Below the pieces are notes generated by a model that saw nothing but the letters and a program-made list of their open reading frames with translations, ran no database searches and was not told where the DNA came from. Shown here piece by piece: positions 8,130-17,765 of a stretch of DNA of 53,918 bases. Source of the stretch: a virus. Taxonomy: Duplodnaviria; Caudoviricetes. Position 1 is the stretch's first letter; the number at the start of each line of letters is the position of its first letter. A program made the position numbers and the translations under genes. The DNA lies in the IMG/VR virus record IMGVR_UViG_3300047554_000854, positions 1 to 53,918 of that record. One strand, written 5' to 3'.

Positions 8130-9926
8130 ATGGGACACACTTCAAGATTGGCGACACGCACTAGTGCCACGCCTCCTGCTTGGCTAAAGGTTTGCTCGCA
8201 GATTGGCGAACAGGCTAACGCTTGGGCAGACAGAGGCGACCTCGCTGTTTATGGTGGAGAGGACGCAGGTATGGGTCAAGCCCTCGCTTGCTTTATCCAC
8301 GACACAGCAGAAATCGAAATCAACCTACCTATCGCTTTCGGCAAAGCCACCACTCCAGAAATGGTTGGCGACCTACGCCTACGCAAAAATCAGTATGAGT
8401 TCCCAGAGGCGACAGGCGTAATCCTCCACGAGGCATTTCACGCTCGCTACTCTGGCTGGGACTACCCTCGCCTAGAGAGCCTAGACCCAAAGGTGTCTGA
8501 CGCTTTTATGCTCTTGGAGGAGGCTCGCATTGAGGGGCTGGCTGTTTACCACTACCCACAGAACGCTCTGTTCCTACGAGCCTCGGCTATGGGACTTTCG
8601 TTCGCAGAGGCAGAGGAGAGTATGGAGGGCAAATCCACCACTAGTGCTTTCGCTCACCTTTCGGCTCTGACCCTCGCACGAGTGGACGCTGGCGTTCTGG
8701 ACGAGTTTGATGTTGCGAACTTGGAACGACTTATCCTGACCAAGATTAGCGAGGCTACTCTGGACACGCTACGAGAAATCTGGCGTGAGTTCCAGACCCT
8801 AAATGTTTCCCAGATTGCTCGGGGTATCGAACTTGCCGAGGCTTGGGTCAAGGCTGTTGCGGAACAGGCAGAGGCTAATGGCGAACCTGCCGAGCCAACA
8901 GAGGCAGAGAAAGAGGCTATGGCAGAGGCTATGGCACAGGCTCTCTCCGAGATTATGGACGCTCTGGGTGAGGCTATGGGAGATGTTGCCAGCGACAACG
9001 CTGACGCTCTCGCTGACCAAGAGCAGGACGAGAAACGCAAAGAGGAGGCAAAGGAACGAGCCTCTGCGAGCAAGGAGAAAGCCAAGCGTGAGGCAGAGGC
9101 AGAAAAGGTTTTCGCCTCGCCTAGTTCTGGTTCGCCTAGTGGCTCTGGCTCTCGTTCACGCCTACACCAAACTCGCCAGCCAAAAGGCGGAGAGCGAGCA
9201 GGGGCGGTCAAGTTGGCACAGATGTTAGAGAAAGCCAAGTATGTCGAACGCTCGGTTACAGAGGTGGACAGCGTAATCCCACAGGGTCGCCTCCGTCCTC
9301 GTGCTTTGGTTCAGAAAAAGGCGTTGGAGAGCAAGGGCGTTCGCTCTGACCTCCCGACTTGGAGAGCAACCAAGCGTAAGCACACAGACGACCCAGAACT
9401 TTCGATTGGCGTTATGGTGGACATTTCTGGTTCTATGGGTTCGGCTATGGAGAGTATGGCGAGTATCGCTTGGATTTTGTCCGAGGCAGGTCGCAGGGTT
9501 CAGGCTAGAACTGCTATGGTCTATTTCGGCTCGGGCGTATTCCCTACGCTCAAGGTCGGACAGCACCTCCCCGAAGTCAAGGTGTTCACAGCACCAGACG
9601 GAACAGAGGAGTTTGAAACAGGCTACAAAGCACTTGACGGAGTTCTCGGGCTGACCTACCGCTCGGGCGTGAAGTTGCTCGTAATCGTTTCGGACGGACA
9701 CTACCGCCACGACCAGACCGAGGCTCTGGACAAGGCACTCGCCGAGTGCGAGCGTTCAGGCGTGGGCGTTCTATGGATTACTCCGAAAGAGTGCTACTCG
9801 GGGATTGAGCGACAACTCGCCAGCACCCACGCAGAACACCTAACCGCCACCGACACCGACACGATTGCTATGGCTATCGGGAACTCGGTGAGCAAGGCAC
9901 TCGCTAGGATTGGAGGGAGGGTGTAA
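8130..9926 (+). CDS. VWA-domain protein with N-terminal HExxH region (CobT-like partner)
   Basis: ILHEAFHARY, LEEARIE; MIDAS VDISGSM and VSDG. Confidence 0.85.
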   Translation: MGHTSRLATRTSATPPAWLKVCSQIGEQANAWADRGDLAVYGGEDAGMGQALACFIHDTAEIEINLPIAFGKATTPEMVGDLRLRKNQYEFPEATGVILHEAFHARYSGWDYPRLESLDPKVSDAFMLLEEARIEGLAVYHYPQNALFLRASAMGLSFAEAEESMEGKSTTSAFAHLSALTLARVDAGVLDEFDVANLERLILTKISEATLDTLREIWREFQTLNVSQIARGIELAEAWVKAVAEQAEANGEPAEPTEAEKEAMAEAMAQALSEIMDALGEAMGDVASDNADALADQEQDEKRKEEAKERASASKEKAKREAEAEKVFASPSSGSPSGSGSRSRLHQTRQPKGGERAGAVKLAQMLEKAKYVERSVTEVDSVIPQGRLRPRALVQKKALESKGVRSDLPTWRATKRKHTDDPELSIGVMVDISGSMGSAMESMASIAWILSEAGRRVQARTAMVYFGSGVFPTLKVGQHLPEVKVFTAPDGTEEFETGYKALDGVLGLTYRSGVKLLVIVSDGHYRHDQTEALDKALAECERSGVGVLWITPKECYSGIERQLASTHAEHLTATDTDTIAMAIGNSVSKALARIGGRV

Positions 9927-10200
9927 GCCTCCCCCACAAGAACCCGATAGGGATTGAGCAACCGAGGAGTTTCCGTCCCCTTTCACCTCACCTGCTCTCC
10001 CTGTCGGTCAGAGAACCCCCGAGATTTCCTTCCCATTTCTCTCGGGGGTTTTCGCTTACCCCCGAGCCTGTATTCGTTTTTTCCTGAAGGCGGCAAGCAA
10101 CTTCTCATTAGTGTTGGAAAGTTTTACTGAAGGGGGTTGTTGACAACTTCGCACTAGTGGTGTAAGGTCTAGGTAAGGACGAAACGAAAGGACGGCAAGC

Positions 10201-10602
10201 GTGATTGACACAATGCCATTCCCATACCTCAACGAGTATGACCTAAACATCTGGATAGATGATGACGGATACTTACGAGCTAGTGCTTACCAACTCTGCC
10301 TTGATAAATCTATTGGGGTGGACGAACACGGAGAGCCTACCTACCAGCCTACGAACTACGGCTGTTCTGACGCATTTACTTTGGTCTGTATCCACGAACA
10401 CGAATACATTGGGATTGACAGGGACGAACTATACGCTCGCCTTGATGATGAGTGGGACACTATTACAGGGTTCTTGTCTGACCCTCGTGAGTGGAAGTCA
10501 GACTTCCCCGAGTTCTACGAGTTGGTCTGTGACGCAATCAAAGAGGAACTTATGGACGAGTTCGGAAACCTGAAGTATTACGAGGCTTGCCAACACGCCT
10601 AA
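10201..10602 (+). CDS. Hypothetical protein
   Basis: Promoter TTGACA(10140)/TAAGGT(10163), RBS GAAAGGA. Confidence 0.75.
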   Translation: MIDTMPFPYLNEYDLNIWIDDDGYLRASAYQLCLDKSIGVDEHGEPTYQPTNYGCSDAFTLVCIHEHEYIGIDRDELYARLDDEWDTITGFLSDPREWKSDFPEFYELVCDAIKEELMDEFGNLKYYEACQHA

Positions 10603-10668
10603 AAATGAACTTGACAACTTCTCACTAATCGTGGTAAGGTCTAAGTATCTCCTAGAAAGGGAAATGAA

Positions 10669-10953
10669 ATGGACGACAAAGAACTAGCCCTCTCGGCAAT
10701 CGTGCTGTTGGGCGTTACCATTGAGAGCCACACAGACATAGGGCTATCTACGCCTCTGTTCTATGACGCTCTTACTGGGGCAATCGAACTAGCACAGCAC
10801 CTCGGCATTGAGGAACTGACCACACGCCTACAATCTCTACAAATCGAAGTTGGCGAGATGAACCTAACTCTCGCCGAGAAAGCAAAGAAACTCGCCAGCG
10901 ACTTTGGCGACCTACACGAAGTATTGGAACAACTAGGTTCGGAGGAGAACTAA
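10669..10953 (+). CDS. Hypothetical protein
   Basis: Promoter TTGACA(10611)/TAAGGT(10635), RBS GAAAGGG. Confidence 0.8.
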   Translation: MDDKELALSAIVLLGVTIESHTDIGLSTPLFYDALTGAIELAQHLGIEELTTRLQSLQIEVGEMNLTLAEKAKKLASDFGDLHEVLEQLGSEEN

Positions 10954-12026
10954 TGCCAAACTGGGTTTACAACTATGTATCTATCTCTGGTAAGACAGAG
11001 GACTTGATTGCTTTTGCTAGGAAAGCAGAACAGCAACACGAAACTCAATGGCTCTCGGAGGAGTGGGTTCGCAACGAGGACGGAACTAACACTCGTATCC
11101 CCGAGGAGGAACGCAAGGTAGAGATAGAACTATCTGGCAAGAGCGACCTATCATTCTGGAACTTCATACGACCAACTGACGAGGAACTGCCTTACTACTT
11201 TGGGCACTTGGTCAAGGAGGAGGACAAGCCTGACCCTGACGCAACTTTGGACGAGCGTATGGCTAAGGCTATGTTGTTCTCTGGGTCTGGTTGGTATGAC
11301 TGGAACATACGCAACTGGGGTTGTAAGTGGGACGCTAGTGACGCAGAGTTGAGCACCGACCTTGCTGAACTAGACGGACACATAAACAACACCCTCTCCT
11401 ATCGGTTCTCTACGGCGTGGTCTGTTCCTCAACCTATCTTTGAGGCTATGGTCAAGCAACACCCCGAGTTGGACTTCGACTTTGAGAGCGAGGAGGAACA
11501 GGGCTGGGGCGTGAAGTTTACTTCGTCTGACGGCGAGGAGGACGGCGAGGAACGCTCGCTAATCGAAACCGAGAGTTGGGACATACCAGCAAGCCACGCC
11601 GACTATGTGGCGAGGGACAACATTGACGGCTGTGTTTGTAACTGGGGAGATGAGGAGGACGATTGGTTTGAGGATTGCCCTCGCCCTGAAAAGGACTTCT
11701 ATGTGGTCATTACCAAGACCTACCGAGTAACCACTCACTCTGCCGAGAACGCTTGGGAACTCGCACAGGACAACGACCCTGACGAGCAAATGGAACTCCT
11801 AGACGAAACTCAAATCTGGGTCAAGGGCGAGAACGGCGAGCGTCTGTATCCGACACTCGGGGACGGCGAGCCAACCGAGAAACTCTGTAACCACAGGTTC
11901 GTCCCTCGCTATGTCGCTGACGAGAACGGAGAGGGTTCTGTGTATTCAGGCGTGCTTGCTTGTGTGTTCTGTAACGAGGAACGAGCGAGCGAAACGGACG
12001 AGATTGTGACGGAGGTGAACAAATGA
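10953..12026 (+). CDS. DUF1281/YubB-like ferredoxin-fold phage protein
   Basis: MPNW.YN...WYDWNIRNWGCKWD...FSTAWSVP signature. Confidence 0.7.
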   Translation: MPNWVYNYVSISGKTEDLIAFARKAEQQHETQWLSEEWVRNEDGTNTRIPEEERKVEIELSGKSDLSFWNFIRPTDEELPYYFGHLVKEEDKPDPDATLDERMAKAMLFSGSGWYDWNIRNWGCKWDASDAELSTDLAELDGHINNTLSYRFSTAWSVPQPIFEAMVKQHPELDFDFESEEEQGWGVKFTSSDGEEDGEERSLIETESWDIPASHADYVARDNIDGCVCNWGDEEDDWFEDCPRPEKDFYVVITKTYRVTTHSAENAWELAQDNDPDEQMELLDETQIWVKGENGERLYPTLGDGEPTEKLCNHRFVPRYVADENGEGSVYSGVLACVFCNEERASETDEIVTEVNK

Positions 12027-12223
12027 GCAACCGAGTAATCAAGGTAGGTGTCACCTTTGAGTTCTACCCTGACGGAGAACACTCTGACCTGTTTGACGAG
12101 GAGGACACGCTGGACGAGATAATCGCCTACGCAAAGTCAATGACCTCCGAGGACATAGACCGCCTCGTGAAATACAACGAGGTCTGGGACGCACTCCAAG
12201 TGGAAGTCCTGACCGAGGAATAG
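12023..12223 (+). CDS. Hypothetical acidic protein
   Basis: ATGA overlap, GGAGG RBS. Confidence 0.75.
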   Translation: MSNRVIKVGVTFEFYPDGEHSDLFDEEDTLDEIIAYAKSMTSEDIDRLVKYNEVWDALQVEVLTEE

Positions 12224-12434
12224 ACCAACCCCCAGTAGAGGGTGACACCTGAGCAAGTGTTCTAAACTGCTCACCCAAACTTTAGCCACCTCTGTATTCG
12301 TTTTTTCCCCACGAAAAACTCGTTGGAAAATGGATTTGACATTAGAGAGCAGATGTGGTTCAATAGTTCTTGTCAGGTTCAGATAGCCTGATGAAACGCA
12401 AAGCCCAATGATACACGAGTAGAAAGTAAATCAA

Positions 12435-12809
12435 ATGGCAACTGCTATCAAGACAGCTGGACAGACAGCACAGGCAACACAGGCAGAGGCAGAGGTTCGT
12501 ATCTCTCCCAAAGCCCAGAAAGCGGTAAAGGCTCTCGCCTCTGCTCACGAGCAGGAGAAAGTCATTGACGCAATCATCAAGGAAAGTCGTGAGGCTATCC
12601 TCGCTGAACTCGGCAACGACACCAGCAAGTTTGGTGTGGACGCACGAGGCAAGCGTCTAGTCAAGGTTCAGGTCGTAATGCCCAAAGACCCTACTCGCTA
12701 CGACACAGCAGAGTTGGTCAAGTTCCTTGCCAAGACCCAGCCAGAAATCTTGGCTATGTTCAAGGCAGAGGACGCTAAGGCGACCACACGAGTTCTGACC
12801 CTCAACTAG
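12435..12809 (+). CDS. Hypothetical protein, paralog of 19626 and 32504
   Basis: Ala/Thr-rich N-terminus, helix ending ILAELG, D...L....PE motif. Confidence 0.8.
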   Translation: MATAIKTAGQTAQATQAEAEVRISPKAQKAVKALASAHEQEKVIDAIIKESREAILAELGNDTSKFGVDARGKRLVKVQVVMPKDPTRYDTAELVKFLAKTQPEILAMFKAEDAKATTRVLTLN

Positions 12810-13026
12810 GGTCAGACCCGAGGGGCGACAGAGAAACCCCCCTTTCGCTCTGTCGCCTCTCCCCAAAGCAAACGCTCTCTGGATAGATACTGCTACCTCT
12901 ATCCAGAGGGCGTTTCTTTTCACTCGGGCTGTATTCGTTTTTTCCCACGCCGAGTGTGCGAACGCCACGACTTTTGATTAGTGATTGGTTGTTGCGAAAT
13001 GTCTTAGGGTCTGGTAAGGTTTAGGT

Positions 13027-13494
13027 ATGGCAAAAGACAACTTGGCTCACTACTGCGAAATCTGTGGCTACACGCTACCAGAGGACGCTATTGAACCCTG
13101 CCCTTGTGTGAACAGACAGGACAGCGCGTTCTACACAGACGAGGCTGGACACGAGGTAGTTTGGTCTAGGTATGGCGAAGTTGCTTACCAAGTTATTCGT
13201 AATGGGGAAATGAAAATCCACTACACAGACCCCGAGGGAAAAGAACACACGATTAGATACACAGGCGACCTAGACGACTTGGGTATTGACACAGACGAGA
13301 AACTCTACGAGATGAACACGCTTGACGAGGAGAAATGGTCTTGGGTTCATAACTCTTGGTTTGAGGTATGGGACGCACAGGACGGGACTTTTGAGTTGGA
13401 CGAATACTACTCTGAACCTATTGACACACTTGACGAGGCTGTGGCTTATGCCTTAGAGTTACACGAGCAATACATCAAAGAGAGGACAAAGTAA
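13027..13494 (+). CDS. Hypothetical protein, leaderless
   Basis: TAAGGT at 13015, ATG at 13027. Confidence 0.8.
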   Translation: MAKDNLAHYCEICGYTLPEDAIEPCPCVNRQDSAFYTDEAGHEVVWSRYGEVAYQVIRNGEMKIHYTDPEGKEHTIRYTGDLDDLGIDTDEKLYEMNTLDEEKWSWVHNSWFEVWDAQDGTFELDEYYSEPIDTLDEAVAYALELHEQYIKERTK

Positions 13495-13785
13495 ATGCTT
13501 TACAGACACGCACTAGGAGAAGTTCTCCGAGAGGAACGCCACGCACAGGGTAAGACCCTACGCACGATTTCAGGCACAGGGCGTATCGCTCTGGGATACC
13601 TCTCCGAGATTGAGAGAGGCGACAAGGAGATTTCATCTGAAATCCTCGCTGGGGTTGCTGACGCTCTGGGACTACAAACCTCCGACATCATCATCAGGGC
13701 AGGTCTGCGTATGGCTGGGCTATTAGTTCCCGACACGGCAGAAACGCTACTTGACGAATACGCCGACCTTGTGGTAAGGTCTTAG
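13495..13785 (+). CDS. XRE-family HTH regulator, ClgR-like
   Basis: LGEVLREERHAQGKTLR...LGYLSEIERGDKEISSEIL matches the actinobacterial ClgR pattern. Confidence 0.8.
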   Translation: MLYRHALGEVLREERHAQGKTLRTISGTGRIALGYLSEIERGDKEISSEILAGVADALGLQTSDIIIRAGLRMAGLLVPDTAETLLDEYADLVVRS

Positions 13786-13809
13786 TAAGACATTCGGGAA
13801 GGAATGGAA

Positions 13810-13941
13810 ATGGAACAGACAACCTGCTACAAGTGCGACACCGAGATACAAGCACCAGAGAACGCGGTTCACCCGCTTTGCTCTGATTGCGACACCGCCT
13901 TTGACGATTGGTTCGCATTGGCTTTGGAGGGTAAGGCGTGA
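13810..13941 (+). CDS. Small zinc-finger protein, 43 aa (not in ORF track)
   Basis: MEQTTCYKC...LCSDC; RBS GGAAGG; GTGA overlap with next gene. Confidence 0.65.
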   Translation: MEQTTCYKCDTEIQAPENAVHPLCSDCDTAFDDWFALALEGKA

Positions 13942-14123
13942 GCAAACAGGTTTACTTTGTAGTCGCTGTGGATTTGGAAACAGGCGAGGTTGAGTTTGAT
14001 AACGACACCGCTGACGCTCGCTTCCCTGACGGACTACTCTGGGACGGCGAGGCTTGGCGAGCAGAAACCGAGGACGAGTTCCAAGAGGCTTACGCTAAGG
14101 TCAGACCGATACTTGATAACTAA
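13938..14123 (+). CDS. Hypothetical protein
   Basis: GGAGGG RBS, GTG start. Confidence 0.7.
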   Translation: MSKQVYFVVAVDLETGEVEFDNDTADARFPDGLLWDGEAWRAETEDEFQEAYAKVRPILDN

Positions 14124-14132
14124 ATAGACTTG

Positions 14133-14349
14133 CCTAGCACGGAAAACCCCGACGGTCGCCGAGGTGTTGGTGTGGGTATTCGGATACTAGTAAAGACGGA
14201 TACCTGCTGACCAACTGCCTTTTATGCTAGGGAAACCGACCGAGTATGTCGCTAAACTATGAAACGCTACACCAACGGCAATCCAGAAGTAATGGCGGAG
14301 TAACTCTCCGTATGAAAATGCGACCGAGGTTGTAGCGTTTCTCCTTTCT
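14133..14349 (+). ncRNA. Candidate structured non-coding RNA
   Basis: Helices CCTAGCA/TGCTAGG, GTTGGT/ACCAAC, GTGGGTATTCG/CGGATACCTGC, GAAACGCTACA/TGTAGCGTTTC; no credible ORF. Confidence 0.55.
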
Positions 14350-14491
14350 GGGGCGTGTATTCGTTTTTTCCCAGAAGAAAAATCTGAACCTGTCTAACTT
14401 CGCATTAGTGTTTTGATGTTGCGAAAATGTCCTAGCCTGTGGTAAGGTTGATTTGTTGTCGGAAAGGCTGGCAACAGAAAGGGATAGTCCA

Positions 14492-14974
14492 ATGGGGCTA
14501 GACATGTATTTAGAGGCTCGGAAGTATGTTTCGGGTTACGCACACAGACCTCTTGACGACCAGAACGAGTATGAGGAAACTCTGGCTCTAATGGGTCTGA
14601 CTAAGGCTGACTTCTCATCAGAGGCAAGCCCGTTTGGAAGTATCAGTTTGGGTGTCGCTTATTGGCGTAAGGCTAATCAGATACACGCTTGGTTCATCAA
14701 CAACCACGCACCAGAGGGCGTGGACGATTGCCGACCTTTCTTTGTGGGTGGCAAGGACGAACTACTTGTCCTACGAAACTTGTGTCAGGAAGTCTTAGAC
14801 GACCACGACAAGGCAGAGGAACTTCTACCTGTGGGCGAGGGCTTTTTCTTTGGGTCATACGAGTATGACGAGTATTACTTCTCTGACCTCACCAACACGA
14901 TTGAGCAGTTAGACCTACTCATCAAGAACCCGAAGTTTGATAACTTTGATTTTGTTTATCACGCAAGTTGGTAA
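14492..14974 (+). CDS. Conserved-type phage hypothetical protein
   Basis: MGLDMYL...YWRKANQIHAWF...GFFFGSYEYDEYY...Y.ASW; RBS GAAAGGG. Confidence 0.8.
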   Translation: MGLDMYLEARKYVSGYAHRPLDDQNEYEETLALMGLTKADFSSEASPFGSISLGVAYWRKANQIHAWFINNHAPEGVDDCRPFFVGGKDELLVLRNLCQEVLDDHDKAEELLPVGEGFFFGSYEYDEYYFSDLTNTIEQLDLLIKNPKFDNFDFVYHASW

Positions 14975-15156
14975 ACCCCTAAACTGAAAGACCCCTAGCG
15001 CACACTAGGGGTTTTTCTTTTGGCTGGGTATGTATTCGTTTTTTCCCGCAGCTCAAAAACGCGGGTTCAACTTCGCATTAGTATTTGCTTTTTGAATACA
15101 GGCGTGGTAGAGTGTAGGTATCAACAGGACGAAGCCAAGTAGTCCGAAAGGGAACA

Positions 15157-15534
15157 ATGTTCACAGAAACCATTACCGTTACAGGTTTGATTGCTACTAC
15201 GCCACGACACCTAGTTACGCAGGACGGCTTGCCGATTACCTCGTTCCGTCTAGCGTCAAGCAAGCGAACTTTCGACCGAGCCTCTATGGAGTGGAAAGAC
15301 GGAGATACCAATTGGTTCACCATCACTTCCTTCAAGAAACTCGCTATCAACGCCGCCAACAGCCTAAGCAAAGGCGAGCGCATTGTTGTAACAGGAACGC
15401 TTAGAGTGCGTGATTGGGACAACGGCGAGCGTTCTGGAACTTCCGTAGAAATCGAAGCCGACAGTATCGGACACGACTTATCGTGGGGAACCGCCACCTT
15501 TACACGAACCGTTCTCGTTCAGGACGCCGACTAG
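15157..15534 (+). CDS. ssb: Single-stranded DNA-binding protein (OB fold, short)
   Basis: ITVTG...FRLASS.R...W.DG.TNWF...LA.N...SL.KG.RIVV.G.L....W...EIEADSIG.DL. Confidence 0.9.
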   Translation: MFTETITVTGLIATTPRHLVTQDGLPITSFRLASSKRTFDRASMEWKDGDTNWFTITSFKKLAINAANSLSKGERIVVTGTLRVRDWDNGERSGTSVEIEADSIGHDLSWGTATFTRTVLVQDAD

Positions 15535-15537
15535 ACG

Positions 15538-15675
15538 GCGAGCCTAACGGCGTGGGTAGGTGAGCCTAACGGCTCGCCTACCTGCGCTCAACGGCAAGCC
15601 TGACGGCTTGCCTATGACCGACCATTGGCAAGCGTAACCGCTTGACAACAGGCAAGCCTAAGTGGTAGGCTTGCC
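15538..15675. repeat. Cluster of related palindromes with a GCC-T(A/G)AC-GGC-type core
   Basis: GTAGGTGAGCCTAACGGCTCGCCTAC, GGCAAGCCTGACGGCTTGCC, CAAGCGTAACCGCTTG, GGCAAGCCTAAGTGGTAGGCTTGCC. Confidence 0.7.
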
Positions 15676-15703
15676 CTAACCGCTACAACCGACAAGGACA
15701 GAA

Positions 15704-15949
15704 ATGACGACCGCTGAACTAACCGCTCTCGTGGAGAGCAAGACCGACAAGAGCAAGCAAGTAATCGCCCTCTACAACAAGGACGACCGCCTAGTAGGTG
15801 TCGTGAACGGATGGAGAGTTGCTGACGGAGTGATGGAGATGGACGCTACTATCAAGCGAGCCGTCTTGACCGCCGAACTATCGCCAGCCGAACTCTATGA
15901 GATTGACGACCAGATTGCCCGACTTCGGGATTTGAGAGGAACTCTCTAA
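15704..15949 (+). CDS. Hypothetical protein
   Basis: AAGGA RBS, terminator downstream. Confidence 0.75.
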   Translation: MTTAELTALVESKTDKSKQVIALYNKDDRLVGVVNGWRVADGVMEMDATIKRAVLTAELSPAELYEIDDQIARLRDLRGTL

Positions 15950-16113
15950 AAGCCTAGACCCGACCCCCGACATTTTGTTCGGGGGTTTTGGTTTTTCGGG
16001 AGTGTGTATTCGTTTTTTCCGTAGCCCGAAACTTTTTTGGTTTTGGTTCTTGACTTGTCTGTGGGTGCTGGTATTATGGGAAGTGTTGGAAACTCCAACG
16101 AGAAAGGGCAGTA

Positions 16114-16311
16114 ATGAAGTTTATGTTTCGTAGATTGCTACTAGGCGTAGTAATCGTTCCACTTATCGCTGTTGTCTATTTTGTGTTCTACGCTTTGTTA
16201 GTTGGTGGCGGTGCTGAACCAACAGCAACGCCTATCGAAGTTTGGAACAATGGACTTATGTTCGGCGTAGGGGTAACCCTAGTGTTCGCAGTATCGGCGG
16301 TGTTTGAGTAA
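16114..16311 (+). CDS. Small membrane protein
   Basis: Two hydrophobic segments; GAAAGGG RBS. Confidence 0.75.
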   Translation: MKFMFRRLLLGVVIVPLIAVVYFVFYALLVGGGAEPTATPIEVWNNGLMFGVGVTLVFAVSAVFE

Positions 16312-16514
16312 TGGCGTGGAAGTATGTAACTTTTCTAATCGCTTGCTACACGATTATTCTTTCTACGCTCTCCACGCTTAGGCAGTTTGAGAGTGGCGAA
16401 CTAGATAAAACGAGTTTGCTTTTTATGTGGCTACTCTCTCTTGCGTGGCTATTTGTTTCGCTAGTGCTACAAGTCGCAGACTTGCCACGAAAGCGAAAAA
16501 GACGCAGACGCTAA
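16311..16514 (+). CDS. Small membrane protein
   Basis: TAATG coupling; two hydrophobic segments, basic tail. Confidence 0.7.
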   Translation: MAWKYVTFLIACYTIILSTLSTLRQFESGELDKTSLLFMWLLSLAWLFVSLVLQVADLPRKRKRRRR

Positions 16515-16691
16515 CACGAATACGCTCGCAGAAATGCGAGCGTATTTTTTTTTGTCTAGGTGTGTATTCGTTTTTTCCCGAAGGCACGCCACAACAACAC
16601 ACGACTAATCCAATGTCGCAAAATGTCGTAGGGGTGCGATAAAATCTAAGTGTTGGTGAAATCGAAGTAATCAACAAGGAGAACGATACAG

Positions 16692-16925
16692 ATGCTTCAA
16701 GACGAAGTAATCGCACTACGCAACACGCTCAAAGCCTACAAGCGAGTAATCGCTGACCTAGAAAGTCAGGCAGACACCTACGAGCCAAACGCTCTGGATG
16801 AAACTCTGTCCAAACTCAACTATCGAGTTTGGGAGATTGAGAACATCTGGGGAGATGAGTTGGCGAAACTAGAAGCGTCTATGAAACGCCACCCTAGTCA
16901 CCCTGACTTTATGGGGTTCATCTAG
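16692..16925 (+). CDS. Hypothetical protein
   Basis: AAGGAG RBS in a box A cassette. Confidence 0.75.
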   Translation: MLQDEVIALRNTLKAYKRVIADLESQADTYEPNALDETLSKLNYRVWEIENIWGDELAKLEASMKRHPSHPDFMGFI

Positions 16926-17100
16926 AAACACAGCAAGGGGAACACGCTCGCAGAAATGCGGGCGTTTTCTTTTTACCCGAACACGAGTGGTGTATTCGTT
17001 TTTTCCGCCACACGAAACACGCTGGCAAATGGATTTGCGTTCAGGGCGGAACTATGCAATAATGGACTTGTTGCCGAAAGGGTCGGCACGAAAGGGAACT

Positions 17101-17418
17101 ATGAAAGAACTACCAATCTGCCCGAAGTGTTCGGGCTTTATTCCAAACAACGAAACCCCTGGGGCTTACTCTGGGGCTATCTCACGAGTAGATAACAAGA
17201 CTGAGATTTGCTCATCTTGCGGCACACAGGAAGCCCTAGACGCTTTCTTCGGCGAGCGAAACGAAGTAGAGCAAGCAGAAGACGAACTCTGGAACGCAAT
17301 CTTGAACTTCGCTAACAACACCGACACAACGCAATCCAGCGCACTTGCCGAAGATGTAAGCACGGCAATCATCAACCTAAAAAATGTTGTTCACCTAAGC
17401 AGAAAGGCAGGTGTCTAA
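17101..17418 (+). CDS. Zinc-ribbon hypothetical protein
   Basis: CPKC...GAISRVDNKTEICSSCG; RBS GAAAGGG. Confidence 0.75.
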   Translation: MKELPICPKCSGFIPNNETPGAYSGAISRVDNKTEICSSCGTQEALDAFFGERNEVEQAEDELWNAILNFANNTDTTQSSALAEDVSTAIINLKNVVHLSRKAGV

Positions 17419-17765
17419 TGGGAAACAGGTCTTCCATTGTTGTTGAGAGCGAGCGTTTCAAAGCGCCGATTACTCTCTATGGTCACTGGTCAGGCGCGGA
17501 AAACTTGGCGAGCGTGGCGAGCGTATTAGAGCGCACGGGCAGGGTAGGCGACCCGTCTTATCTCACGGCGCAACTCTTCTACGAGTTTGCCGTAGTGCGT
17601 GGCAAGTATGACGGCGAGTTGTCTTTCGGGATTGACGCTTTCGGCGGAACGCCAGACGAAGTAGATAAATGGATGGATGTGCCGACCATTGTAGTCAATG
17701 CCGATAACGGCACTTGGCGTTGGGCGATACCGCCAGAGCCAGCGGAAGAAGTCGTATTCGGGTAA
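17418..17765 (+). CDS. Hypothetical protein
   Basis: MGNRS...LYGHWSG; TAATG coupling. Confidence 0.8.
   Translation: MGNRSSIVVESERFKAPITLYGHWSGAENLASVASVLERTGRVGDPSYLTAQLFYEFAVVRGKYDGELSFGIDAFGGTPDEVDKWMDVPTIVVNADNGTWRWAIPPEPAEEVVFG

Noticed and set aside
8654-9710. Long minus-strand ORFs opposite the VWA gene (similar ones lie opposite terL and the giant genes)
   Set aside because: Antisense shadows of well-supported + strand genes, with no RBS or motifs
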